Assembly: GCA_963844715.1 (NCBI GenBank)
Contig: CAWJPJ010000001.1
Span: forward strand, 1 to 64,000
Direction of reading: 5' to 3'
From: an uncultured Phycisphaerales bacterium
Lineage (GTDB): Bacteria; Planctomycetota; Phycisphaerae; Tepidisphaerales; Tepidisphaeraceae
Length of the DNA stretch: 64,000 nucleotides
The notes under the pieces were generated by a model. That model made no database searches and was not told the origin of the DNA. It saw only the letters and a program-made list of their open reading frames with translations. The translations under genes were made by a program, and so were the position numbers. How positions within the stretch are numbered: the stretch's first letter is position 1; the number at the start of each line of letters is the position of its first letter. Shown piece after piece: positions 1 to 11,203 of the stretch.

Positions 1-699
1 TCATCTCGCCGAGCGACTGCTGCCCGTTGGACTCGCCGATGAGCCATTCGGCGAGCACGGCGCCGGCGACAGACAGGCCGGCGGCGACGCGGAGGCCGGC
101 AAAGACGTACGGCAGCGACTGCGGCAGGCGGAGCTTGAACAGCGTCCGGAGGGCGCGACGAGCGGTAGAGAGCAAACAGCTCAGCGTGGTTGGGATTCGT
201 CGCCCGCAGGCCGGTGAGGGAGTTGCTGAGGACCGGGAAGAAGGAGATTATCGAGACGATGACGATGTTGCTGAACCTGCTGTAGCCGAAGATGACCAGC
301 AGGGGGGACACGATGGCGATGATCGGCATCGTCTGGAAGAGGACGAACATGGGGGAGGCGGCATCGCCGAGGTAGCGCGAGACGCTCGTCACGAGCGCTG
401 GGACGACGGCGACACCCGCTGCCACCAGCAGGCCGATCGCCGCCTCCTGCGCCGTTACCCACGACGCGGGCCAGGAGCGTGCCAGCGTTGTCCTTGAGCG
501 CGTGGGTGACGGCAGCCGGCGTCGGAACGAGGTACGCCCTGTCCGAGAACACGACGTGGCACAGCCATTCCCAGAGTCCGATGACAGCTGCGAACACCGC
601 CAACACCAGCAAGACCCTCACCAACCGCTCGAGGGCCGGGTGGGTCTCGAGCAGCCCGCCGTCGAGCGGCTTGACGCGGCGGCCGGCGACAGTCGCCAT
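1..699 (-). CDS. NitT/TauT-family ABC transporter permease (frameshifted)
   Basis: Hydrophobic N-terminus with 'LVPTPAAV'; C-terminal frame reads 'LFKLRLPQSLPYVFAGLRVAAGLSVAGAVLAEW'; stop at 1-3. Confidence 0.85.
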
Positions 700-701
700 C
701 T

Positions 702-1578
702 TCAGACCGTCTCCGCCTGCTCGGGCACCGCGACCGGCCGCAGCACCAGCTCGGGCCCGTTCTGGTGCGCTGGGCGACCCCGTCTCTCCCCGCGACCCCG
801 CCTCCTGGCGCGACGCCGCTCAGCAGCTCGACCACCTGTCGCTGCACGTGGACAAAGTCGTCCGAAGTGCGCAGCGACGAGCTGCGCGGGTAGGAGAAGG
901 GCACCCGCACCTCGCCGAGGAAGCGGCCCGGCCGCGGGGACATCACGAGCACCCGCTCGGCGAGGTAGATCGCCTCGCTGATGCTGTGGGTGATGAACAG
1001 GGCGGCGAAGCGGCGCTCCGCCCAGAGCCGCAGCAGCTGCTCGTTGAGCTCCTCGCGTGTGTTAGCTCGTCGATGGCCGAGAACGGCTCGTCGAGGTAAA
1101 CGATCTCAGCGTCGGCGACGAGGGCAACGCGCCAGCGTGACCCGCATCTTCATCCCGCCAGAAAGCTGGTGCGGGTGGGATCGTGCCCATTGCTCGAGCT
1201 TGACGAGCTCGAGGGCATCCTTCACCCGCCGCCGGGCGCTCCTCCTTCCCGACGTGGGACAGCTCGAGCGGGAGGGCGCAGTTGCGCTCGATGTTCCGCC
1301 ACGGCAGTAGCGCCGGCTCCTGGAAGACGAAGTTCTCCTGCCCCCGCTTGCTCGACGACGCCCGAGGACGACACTAGGAGGCCGGCCGTGACCCGCAACA
1401 AGGTCGATTTGCCACAGCCGGAAGGTCCGACGATGGCGACGAACTCGCCTTGCCGCAGCTCGAGGTCGACCGGCGCAACGGCGGCGACACGCTCGCTCCG
1501 CCGTTTGTGCGCCGGAAAAGACTTCGAGACCCCTACGAGACGGAGGCGTGGTCGTCCGTGGCCTGAGCCGACTGCCAC
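702..1578 (-). CDS. NitT/TauT-family ABC transporter ATP-binding protein (frameshifted)
   Basis: Walker [18 protein letters not shown] signature, 'VMSPRPGR' C-terminal motif; end approximate. Confidence 0.88.
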
Positions 1579-1687
1579 GCCGACACCGTCAGCCTGGTGT
1601 TAACGCCCGCGTTGTTGTGGCCGCCGCCGGCGAACGCGTCACGTCACAGGGTCTTGCTGTCGATCAGAACTGCCGCGTCCGAATGCG

Positions 1688-2669
1688 TCAGGACTTCGGG
1701 AGGAAGCTGTTGGTGAAGGCCGCCTTCCAGTTCATGGCGGTCGACTTCTTGATCACCTTCACGCTATAGAGCTGGTTGGCCGACTGCTCCATCTTCACCG
1801 GCCGGGCGTAGCCGACGGGGTGGGTGTCGATCGTGATCAGGGACTTGTGCTGTAAGCCATCTGCGCCCGCGTTCGGTGTCGCCGTAGGTCGAGGCCAGCG
1901 CCTTGTCGGTCGGGCTCGGGTTCGCCCAGAAGTTGGACCAGCCGGCCTCGACGGCGTGCACGACGTCGGAGACGAGCTTCGGATGGTTCTTGATCTCGGA
2001 CTGGGTCGTGAAGAGCACGTCGTCATAGTCGTTGAAACCCGACTTGTTGACGAGGAGAGTGGTGTTCGGGTAGCCCTCGTGGCTGGCGACGTACGGCTCG
2101 TTCGTGATGAAGCACTGCTGGACCATGTTCTTGTCGCTGATCCACGGCTGGGGAGAAGAAGTAGTTCACGACCTTGGCGGGTGCAGCTTGTACTTGTGCT
2201 CGATGTAGAGCCAGTACGGGGCAGTCGCGGTCACCTCGACGTCCTTGCCGTTGAGGTCGGAGAACGACTTCACGTGCTCAGCCGGGTGCGACATCAGGCA
2301 GACCGGCGAGTTGTACGGGGCGAAGACCTGTACGACCGGGATGCCCGAGTCGTGTGCGGTGTAGACGAAGCCGGCGTCGGTGAGGCTGAACGGGTACTGC
2401 CCGCTCGCAACCTGGGGGATCGTGTCGAAACCACCCGGCCCGGCGCTCGGGAACTCGAGCTTCAGGTGCTCCTTCTTCGGGACGGAGGTCATGGCGCCGG
2501 TGTAGTAGCCACCGATCGACGTGCTGGCGAGGCCGGGAATGAGGATTTGCGCCGTTTCCGTCGTCGGGCCGCTCGCCGACGCCGCCGTCGACGAAGCGGC
2601 GCTGATCGCAAACCCTCCGCCGAGGACGGCCAGCACCCCTGTCATTGCCTTCCAGCGTTTGCCGTGCAT
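1688..2669 (-). CDS. ABC substrate-binding protein, NMT1/THI5-like (frameshifted)
   Basis: Signal peptide; 'PVVQVFAPYNSPVCLMSH...KSFSDLNGK' and 'QCFITNEPY'; first gene of the ABC operon. Confidence 0.75.
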
Positions 2670-2780
2670 CTGGGAACCCCCTGTTTTTGGATCCGATATA
2701 GAAACGACAACTTACAGCGTAGCAGAGCGACCGCGCGTTTGTATCATCAAGCGCGGAATGTATTGAAACGATGTCGTTGC

Positions 2781-3707
2781 TTACCGGGATGCTGCGGAAG
2801 AGCCTCCGCCGCCGGAGGAGCCCTGTGCGTCTCCCTGCAGCCGACGGACCCCTGCCGAGACCGTCGCCGCGGCGCTCGTCACGCTCGCCGCCGCCCGCTG
2901 CACGTCCGCGTCGAGGGGGCGGGGGCCGGGGAGCTGGGTGGACATGAGCAGGGTCTGCAATTCGCCGGAGACCCTGATCAGTCGGTTGAGGTCCTCCTGC
3001 ATCGTCGGCGCCGGCGACTCCGCCTGCAGCTGGCGGAGCGCCGCGATCAGGTCGGCGAGCCTCGGTGCGTCCCTTGCCGCGAGCGCCGTCAGCGCGCTCG
3101 CCTCTGCCGAGCCGAGATGCACGGCCAGGCTGTCCACCTCGGCGACGGTCGCTGACGACCGGCGCGCCCAGTCCGCGTCGTGGAGACGGCGGCGCCGACC
3201 GCTCAGGGCCACGGCGCCGACCGCGATGGCGCCGGCAACGCCGACGCCGATGACTATCCACGCCCAGGTCGGAACCCCCGACGACGAGGAGTGCTTGGGA
3301 ACCGTCGTGGTCGTGGGCGGCGCCGTCGTGGTCGTCGAGGCGGTCGTCGTGGTCGTCGAGGCGGTCGTGGTCGTCGTCGTCGGTGCCGTCGTGGTCGTCG
3401 TGGTCGCAGCGGTCGTCGTCGTCGTTGCGGTCGTGGTCGTCGTCGTCGGCGCGGTGGTCCCTCCCGTGGTGGAGGGTGTTGTGCCGCCCGGCGACGCCGG
3501 CGCCACCGCCGGGACCGAAACCGCCGGCGGCCGAGGCGCCGCGGTGGCCGTCCCCGCGGTCAGGAGGCCGGCGAGCAACGGCGCCATGAGGACCCCGAGC
3601 AAGACCGCAGCCACAGTCGCCGCTATCGGCCGCCGGGCGATTGCACCGCTTTGTTGCGTCGACCCGTCGATGGCCGAGAGCGTACCTGCCCGGCCGCTCC
3701 GCGCCAT
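2781..3707 (-). CDS. Hypothetical membrane protein with a Thr-rich extracellular stalk
   Basis: Signal/TM segment, TTTTTA repeats, TM 'VPTWAWIVIGVGVAGAIAVGAVAL' followed by RRRR. Confidence 0.7.
   Translation of the reverse strand: MARSGRAGTLSAIDGSTQQSGAIARRPIAATVAAVLLGVLMAPLLAGLLTAGTATAAPRPPAVSVPAVAPASPGGTTPSTTGGTTAPTTTTTTATTTTTAATTTTTTAPTTTTTTASTTTTTASTTTTAPPTTTTVPKHSSSSGVPTWAWIVIGVGVAGAIAVGAVALSGRRRRLHDADWARRSSATVAEVDSLAVHLGSAEASALTALAARDAPRLADLIAALRQLQAESPAPTMQEDLNRLIRVSGELQTLLMSTQLPGPRPLDADVQRAAASVTSAAATVSAGVRRLQGDAQGSSGGGGSSAASR
3301..3450. repeat. Low-complexity (GTC/GTG)n tandem repeat encoding the poly-Thr stalk
   Basis: Repeated units such as gtcgtggtcgtcgaggcg. Confidence 0.85.
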
Positions 3708-3939
3708 GGATTACCGCCGCAACGGTCCGCGCGCGGCACGACGGCCGGTTTGCGGCGCGACGCCTTGGGTATGTCAAACCTGCCCCTGCCCACGCCCTCG
3801 GCTGGGGAGCGGAACGTTGGGCGGGTGCTAGCCCTCGGGCCGAGCCCGCTCACCGTTCCGACAGCCCCCGAGCCGCTCGTGCGCAGGCGCCTGCGGGACG
3901 CTTGTCGCGATCGGCGTCGCGTCCTCCGGAGTTGGCAGT

Positions 3940-4560
3940 TTGCCCGTCCGGCCTCAGCCGAGCTCGTGGCGGGAGAAGTACTTCCACATCACGGTGTCGG
4001 CGTCGACCGCGTCCGACTGCGGCCCGAGCAGCTCGGTGACCGCCTTCGGGACAGGCGGCCTGCCCGGCCGCTCGTGGCCCTCCCCCGTCAGGGTGTAGAG
4101 CTCGACCTCGGCACCGCCCTTGCACCCCCGTGGAGGCCGTGAGCTTGACGGTCGCGGCCGGCTTCGACGTGCCGGGCTTGGACTTGCAGCGGTCGGCGGC
4201 CGCCCAGCGCATCGCCGCCACGGGCACGCTGTAGGTCCGGTATTCCTGGCCGTCGCCCCCGTAGGGATCGACCGGGTCGGCGGTCCCGTCGAAGGACACG
4301 ACCTGCATCTGGCGCGCCAGCGGGCAAGGAGACGGGAAACGGAGCCCGCTCACCGGGGCGACCGCCGCGAACGGCTTCGAGTCGTCGCATCCGAGCTGGC
4401 TCGCCATCCGCGGCCCCGCCCGAGAACCCAGTCGCGTATACCTCCTTCTCGTCGATGCAAGTACCTGTTCTCGAGCACCGGGAGGCGGGTTGTGAGGGAG
4501 CCGACGTCGTCAGGCGAGCCCTTCGGCACCGGGCCTGCCGCCAACGAGGGGCTCGTTCGG
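3940..4560 (-). pseudogene. PHB-depolymerase/LpqC-like esterase, 5'-truncated or frameshifted
   Basis: 'DDV', 'YATGFSGG..MASQLGC', 'FAAVAPVSG', 'GTADP'; little room for an N-terminus before the upstream gene; ends approximate. Confidence 0.7.
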
Positions 4561-4592
4561 GAGCGCGGCCGAGACCGCCGGCAGCAGCGCCC

Positions 4593-5245
4593 TCACCCGA
4601 CGATCAGGTAGACGTTCTTACCGATGAGCCAGAACCCGACGACCAGCGAGCCGATGATGATCGCCTGGTCGGTGTGGCCTTCGATCCACTTTCTGATGTT
4701 CGCGAGCATCACTTGGGCCTTCTCGGCCAGAAGCCCGCATAGACCACCATCGCGACGTACGAGGAGGAGGCGACGATGCAGAAGAAGATCAGCGCCAGCG
4801 CGCTCTCGGCGCTCGTGACCTTCGCCGACAGCACGGTCGCCGCCCCGGCTGCGATCAGGCCCCAAGGCTGCAGCGCCGGGGCGAGACCGAGCGCGAACCA
4901 CGGCGACATGTTGTCCACACCCGCCTGCCACTTCGGCGGCTTCTTCGGCTTCTTCGGCTGCCCCATCTTGCGCCAGTGCCGGACGCCTATCAGCACGAGC
5001 GCCGTCCCGATCGCGATCTTCACCGCAATCGAGGCGAGGGTGGGCGCGGTGTTCGACTTGGGGGGGTTGTTACCGGTGGCGAGGACCGTCACGGAGACGA
5101 CGATCGCGAGCGACGCCAGCCATCCGAAGAGGAACGCCGCCCCCTTCCTCACTCCCCGTTTCGACGGCAGGAGAACGATGAACGCCGTCAACGGGAGCGG
5201 GTCGAGCGCGACCGCCACCGCGATAAGCAGGAGATCGAACGTCAC
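4593..5245 (-). CDS. GAP (DUF2910/Sap-like) family membrane protein (frameshifted)
   Basis: 'LIAVAVALDPLPLTAFIVLL.S.RG', 'PPKWQAGVD', C-terminal 'IRKWIEGH'. Confidence 0.75.
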
Positions 5246-5475
5246 GGCAGCACATCGGGCCGGTGTCGCGGGGCCCGCGGGGAGACGGACTGCAGGTCGT
5301 CACGGCGGCGCCGGCATCTGATCGGGCGGCCGTCCACGCGCCGGATCATAGATGCGAGTCCCGTTGCGATGCCGGTTTCGTCGCAGCAGGAACATCGCCG
5401 GTCGATGCGGTTCCGCGGGCGGCCGGCACCGCCGCTCCTTGCACCGCCGGCGCCGGGCACCGCAGACTCTGGGCC

Positions 5476-6651
5476 GTGAGCGCGGGCGAGCGGGCGGCGA
5501 CCGGGCTCGTCTACGACCCGTTCTCCCTCGCGACCCAGCTCGACCCCTACCCCGCCTACGCGATGATGCTGGCGACGGCGCCCGTCTACCGCAACGAAGA
5601 GCGCGACTTCTTTGCCCTCAGCCGGTTCGACGACGTCTACTCCGGCTTTCGCGACTGGCGGCGTCTTTCGAGCGCCGGCGGCGTCACCGTCGACGAGTTG
5701 CTCGAGCTCACGGGACCGTCGATCCTCACGCTGGACCCGCCCCGCCACGACGAGCTGCGGGCGGTCGTGCGCGCCGCCTTCGAGCCGAGATCGCTGTCAC
5801 GCCTCGAGGCGCGGCTCGGGGCGCTCTCAACGGAGCTCCTCGATGACGTGTCGGGTGGCCACTTCGACTTCTGCGCGGCGTTCTCGAAACGGCTACCGGT
5901 GCTGGCGGTCTGCGAACTGATGGGCTTCCCGCGCGGCGACGAGCGGATGCTGAAGTCGTGGTCGGACGCGCTCATCGAGCGCGTCCCGGACGACGACGGC
6001 ACCCCGTTGGCGGCGCGGGAGGCGGCGGGCTCGATGCGCGTCTACTTCGGCGAGCACCTGGCCCAGAGACGCCGGCGCCCGTCGGAGGACCTCCTCGGCC
6101 TCCTCGTCGCCGGCCGGCCGGCGGAATCGCCCCTGAGCGAGGACGAGCTGATCGGGATGTGCTTCCTCTTGTTCGAAGCGGGCAACTCGACCACTGCCGC
6201 TCTGCTGGCGAACGCGCTCGTACTGCCGAGGCACACCCGGACCAACGGGAGGCGGTCTGCGCCGACGCCGGCCTGCTGACGGGGGCCGTCGAGGAGGTGC
6301 TCCGCTTCGAGTCGCCGGTGCAGAACATGGGACGTGTGGCCGCCGAGCCGATCGTCCTCCACGGCAGCGAGATCCCGGCTGGCGCCCGCGTCCTCCTCGT
6401 CATCGGCGCCGCCCACCGCGACCCCCGCGCCTGGCCGGAGCCGGACCGCTTCGACGTCACGCGGCCGCTCGGGCGACGGGTCGCCTTCGGCGGCGGCATC
6501 CACGCCTGTCTCGGGGCGGGGCTGGCGCGACTCAGGCCCGGTCCCGCTCGGCTGCCTCCTCGACCGCCATCCGCGCTACGGCGTCGTCGAGCTCGAGCGG
6601 TTCCACGACGTGACCCAGCGCGGGCTGAAGCGGCTCGTCGTCGCCGTCTGA
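5476..6651 (+). CDS. Cytochrome P450 (frameshifted)
   Basis: 'LDPPRHDELR', ExxR 'EEVLRFESP', 'AHRDP..W.EPDRFD', heme motif FGGGIHACLG. Confidence 0.93.
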
Positions 6652-6676
6652 AGGCACCCGTCCTGAACGGACCGTC

Positions 6677-6742
6677 TGACGGGAACGGCCAGCCAGGGGC
6701 GGAGGGGGAACGGCCAGCCAGGGGCTGAGGCCGGTCCCGTCA
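6677..6742. repeat. 20-bp direct repeat overlapping a 14-bp imperfect inverted repeat
   Basis: gggaacggccagccaggggc at 6681-6700 and 6706-6725; tgacgggaacggcc (6677) pairs with ggccggtcccgtca (ends 6742). Confidence 0.75.
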
Positions 6743-6762
6743 ACCGGCCCGGCAGAGCTCCC

Positions 6763-7150
6763 TCAGCCACGGCTCGACGAGGCTCTGCCAGGATGAGCCG
6801 GCGGGGGTGAGCTGCAAGTGCCACCTGGCCCGGCGCGGATCCCTCGAGCCAGCGGGCGAGCAGCTGCCCGGCGCCGGCCGAACCGCTCGTCAGAATGGCG
6901 AGGACCTCGAGGTCGGCGGGAACCTGCTTCTCGACGAGCTCGAGGAAGGCGAGCACGTCGGTTCCGCACCCGCCGCCGGACCTTCCCCCGGGCCAACGGG
7001 GGTCGCCGGCCACTGTAGCCAGGCGCCCCGCCTCCGGGCATCGCCGAGCGCGTGGCCCGCCGGAGCGCTCGAGCCCGAGCACGAGGGCCTTCTCGGGCGG
7101 GTCGAGGTAGAGGCCGACGACCTCGGCCGTGGTTGCCTCGTGTCCGTCGT
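6763..7150 (-). mobile_element. Degenerate IS630-family transposase fragment
   Basis: 'VVGLYLDPPEKALVL', 'LAFLELVEKQVPADLEV', 'WHLQLTP..SSW...VEPWL' match the IS630 core. Confidence 0.75.
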
Positions 7151-7452
7151 GCCCACGTCGCTCAGGTCCCGCCGCCGCTCCGGGCATGCCGGAGAGCAGG
7201 GCGCTCCCGGTCGCCGCCACGACCGGGAGCGCTGTGAGCAGCCTGTTGACCTTCACCGGTTCCGCCTTCGTTAGGGCTCGGCTCAGATTGTGAGCCGCCG
7301 ACTCGACAACGGCATCAGCAATCGCTACGCAAATCGGTAGCGAGGCGCCGGGGGCCGGCTGCGGAGCGGTATGATGGCGGTGGAACCCGCCGGTCAGGGC
7401 ACGGCGCGTGAAACTGGGCGCCGTGGTGTGCGTCGAACCGGCGATGCAGAAG

Positions 7453-10050
7453 ATGCCGCTCGTGGGAAGGCTACGCGAGCTCGACCGCGTCGTTAGCCGG
7501 CTCGCTGCGCCGGGTCCCGCCGCCTTCGTCATCGCCGGATCGGCCGGCGTCGGCCAGTTGCGCCTCGAGCCGAGGTCGCGGACGCCGTTGCCGGCAGCGG
7601 CGATCCGACCGAGCACGTCGTGGCGACGAGGGCCGCCGGAGCCATCCCCTTCGGGGCGTTCGCGCCCTTCCTGCCAGAGCTCGACGGCGCCGGCGGCGAC
7701 ATGCTCGGCCTGTTGCGGCGGACGAGCGAGGCGGTCCGAGAGCGGGTCGAACGCGAGCGCCGGCGGCCCCTCGTCGTCGACGACGCCCACCTCCTCGACT
7801 ACGGCTCCGCCGCGCTCGTCCACCAGCTGGCGCAGACGGGCCCGCGTACCTGATGCTCAGCGTCCGCAGCCCCGGTCCGGCGCCGACCCGGTCACGCCGC
7901 TCTGCAAGGACGGGCTCGCCGAGCGCATCGATCTCGACCCGCTCGATCAGCCCGACGTACGCGCTCTTGCCACGGGCGTCCTTGGCGGTCCCGTCACCGG
8001 TTCGGCGGTGCACCGGCTCTGGGAGACGCGGCGGCAACCCCCTCGATGTGCGCGAGCTGCTCGCCGCGGCGGCGGAGTCCGGGGCCCTGGTGCCCGACGG
8101 CGGGCTTGGGCGCTCACGCAAGGCCGCCGGCGCCGAGCGGTTGGCGGGTTGTTACGTCCCGGTTGGCCGACCTCCCTCCCGAGACCTCCGAGGTGCTCGA
8201 CCTGCTGGCGCTCGGCAGCCGCCGCCGTCAGCCTGCCCGAGGCGGTCGCCGGAGCCGACTCCGTCGAGGAGGCCGAGCGCGCCGGGCTCGTCGTACGGTC
8301 CAGCAGGCCTGGGGGTTCGAGGCGCGGCTCAGCCATCCCCTCTACGGCGAGGTGCGCCGCCAGCATATGCCACGCGCCCGCCTGCGCCGGCTCAGCACGC
8401 CCTCGCCGAGGCCTCGAACAGGCCGGCATCGGACGCGTCGACGACGCCCTCCGCCTCGCCCGTTGGAGGCTCGACGCCGGCCTCGCCAGCCATCCGGTCC
8501 TCCTCAAGCGCGCCGCCTGGCCGGGGCCAGCGCCTCGACGCCCCCCTCGCTCCCGTTTCGCCCGGCCTCGCTCGAGGCCGGAGGCCGGTGTCGGCGCCGG
8601 CCTCGTGCTCGGCGAGGCGGAGTTCCAGTCCGGACGCCGCGCCAAAGCCGAGCAGGTGCTGGCGGGTCTCGTGCCGCAGTGCACCGGCGACGGCGAGCCG
8701 GCGGCCGTCCTCGATGCCCCTCGGACAACCTCGGCATGCTGATGGGCGACGACGCCGCCGCCGAGGCGGTGCTCGACGAAGCCCTCGCAGCGCTCGCCGA
8801 GCCGGCGCCCCGCCTCCGCCTCCTCGCCCGCCGCGCCGTCTGTCGCTCTGGGCCTGCGAGTCGGTCGGGCCCTCGCCGCGGCCGGTGGAGGTGCTCGACG
8901 CCGACGCGCCCGTCAAGGCGGCCGAGCGGGAGGCGGTCAACCGAGCCGCCTAGACGAAGGCCGTCGCCTCGCTTTCCGCCCGCCGCGGCAACGAAGCGGT
9001 CGCCGTCGCCTCCGCCGGCCTCGACCTGCACCGCCAGCGGCGACGACACCCAGCTGCCCGAGTCGCGAACCTGTCGGCGCGGTGATCGGTCACGCCGGCG
9101 CCGGCCGCCTCGAGGCCGCATGCGCCGATGCGGACCGCGCCACGGCGCCTGCCTCAGGCAGGCAACACCGAGGGCACCGCCTCCTTCGCACTGCTCGGCG
9201 GGTGGGCGGGTATCGAGCGCGGCCTCCTCGCGGCGGCCGTGGCGATGCTGCGCGAGGCCGCCGCCGTCAACCGGGAGCTGCGCGACCCGGCGCCACTCCG
9301 CTGGTGCACGGGTGGCGTCGTGTCGGGGAGGGATGGCCGGTAACATCGGCGCCTCGCCGTTGCTGTCGCCAGCTCGACGGGCTCCCGGCTGACTGGATGA
9401 CCGCCTTGATCGATCGTCGTGAGCGGGCGCGGGCCGGTCGGCGGCGGCCGCCGGCGCGGTTCGGCCGCGCGCGGCCAGTTGCTGCGGGCGGCGGAGGGAG
9501 CCGCCGCCCGCGAGCACGGGGTCACCAAGGCGCGCCTGCTTCACGACGTCGTCCGCCTCGGCGAGGGCCCGTGCACCCGCCCGGCGCCTCGCCGAGCTCG
9601 CCGCCGGCGTGGACGGCGACCCGTCGCGGCGTTTCGCGCCACGTGGGCGGTGCCGGAACGGGCTCGCCCCCCAGCTCGAGGAGGCGGCCGAGCGCCTCGA
9701 GGGCACCGGCGCCCTCCTCCTTGCCGCCGAGGCCAGCTGCGAGGCGGCGCGGGCGTTCCGGGACGCCGGGTTTCCCGCGCAGGCGACGTCGTGGGCGCAG
9801 GACCGAGGAGCTCGTCGCCGCCGGCCGAGCGGACAAGACCCCCGCCCTCGCGGGCACAGGGCAGGGCGAGCCGGCCGACGGCGCGGTGAGTGGCGGGAGG
9901 TCGTCGCCCTCGCCGCCTCCGGCGGGAGCCGCGTAGCCGACCGCCCCTCATCTCCGTGCGGAACCGTCGACAGCCACCTCTTGCGCGCCTACGCGAAGCT
10001 CGGCGTGACGGGACGGAAGGACCTCACCGCCGCCCTCGGTCGCGCCGGCC
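7453..10050 (+). CDS. Large ATP-binding LuxR-family regulator (heavily frameshifted)
   Basis: 'LVGRLREL', degenerate Walker A 'AGSAGVG', 'LVVDDAHLLD', 'GGNPL', C-terminal HTH 'TVDSHLLRAYAKLGVTGRKDL'. Confidence 0.8.
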
Positions 10051-10086
10051 GCTCACGGGGAAGGCGGCTGGGCGATCGTGCGGGCG

Positions 10087-10863
10087 ATGCCGATCGACGA
10101 GGGCTCCGCCGACGCGAGGGGGCGTGTGAGATCGAACAGCAGATGACCGACGACGAGCGCTTCTCCCTGCTGGTGAGCTTCATGGGGAGGAACAAAGTCG
10201 TGCGCGAGGCGGACCGCGGACCCGGTCGGGACGTCCCGATCAGCGCCGGCTACGTCCCGGGCGTCGCCCGCCTCGGCGGTCCCCGCCGGTCGATGACGAC
10301 GCCTCCCTCGGCGTCACCAACCCGGAATACCGGGAGGGGGACACCGCCACCGCCCTCCCCGCCTCGATCCGCTCGGTGCCACCTTCAATCCCTGTCGGCC
10401 CGTCAGGCAGGCACTGATCGTCGGGCGCGAGGCACGCAGCCGAGGCTTCAACGCGCAGCTGGGCGCCGGGAGTCACGCTCACCCGTGACCCCCGCAACGG
10501 GGGCAATTTCGAGCACCTGTCGGAGGATCCTTTTCTCTCGCGCGTGCTCGCCGCTGAGTGGATCGCCCTCCAGGCAGAAGGCGTCATCGCCATGATCAAG
10601 CACTTCTCGCTGAACTGCAACGATACGAGCCGGCACTGGCTCGGACGCGATCATCGACGAGGACGTGCACCGTGAATCGGATCTGCCGGCTTTCGAGATC
10701 GCCGTCGAGCGCTCGCAGCCCGGCGCGTGATGACCGGCTACAACAAGGTCAACGGCGCTGACCAGGCGGCAACGCCCCGATATCCATCGAGCAGGTGCTG
10801 AAGGGCGCCTGGGGCTACCGTGGCGGGTCATGTCCGACTGGGGCGCCACCCCGTCGTGGGAGT
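10087..10863 (+). pseudogene. GH3 beta-glucosidase N-terminal part, cut at the junction
   Basis: 'MTDDERFSLL', 'SAGYVPGVARLG', 'IKHFSLNC', 'YNKVNG', nucleophile motif 'MSDWGA'. Confidence 0.85.
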
Positions 10864-11203
10864 GATTCCCTCGGTCAGGATCAGGCTGAGGGCGATTCCC
10901 AGCGGTTTCGCGCCGCAGACGGCCAGATCGTTGACGGTTCCGCTGATGGAAAGCCGGCCGATGTCGCCGCCGGGGAATTTGAGGGGTTGGACGATGTAGC
11001 TGTCGATGGTGAAGGCCAGCTGGCTGCGCCAGGAAGAATTGCGGAATCTAGTCAGCTCGTTCAGCACGCGGTTGCCGAGGCGGGGGAGGATACTGCGAAC
11101 GAAGAGGTCGTCGGTGAGTTGTCCGCCGCCGCCGTGGGCAGGGTAATGCGCGGACCGCGGATAGGCCGGTGGACGAACCTGGAACGTCGAGGGTGCTGGT
11201 CAT
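10864..11203 (-). pseudogene. hypE: Hydrogenase maturation protein HypE, N-terminal third only
   Basis: 'HGGGG', 'AFTIDSYIVQPLKFPGGDIGRLSISGTVNDLAVCGAKP'; ATGA overlap with hypD; cut at the junction. Confidence 0.9.

Noticed and set aside
3301..3450. CRISPR-like repeat
   Set aside because: A coding poly-Thr repeat with no spacers. I saw no CRISPR array or cas gene in the window.
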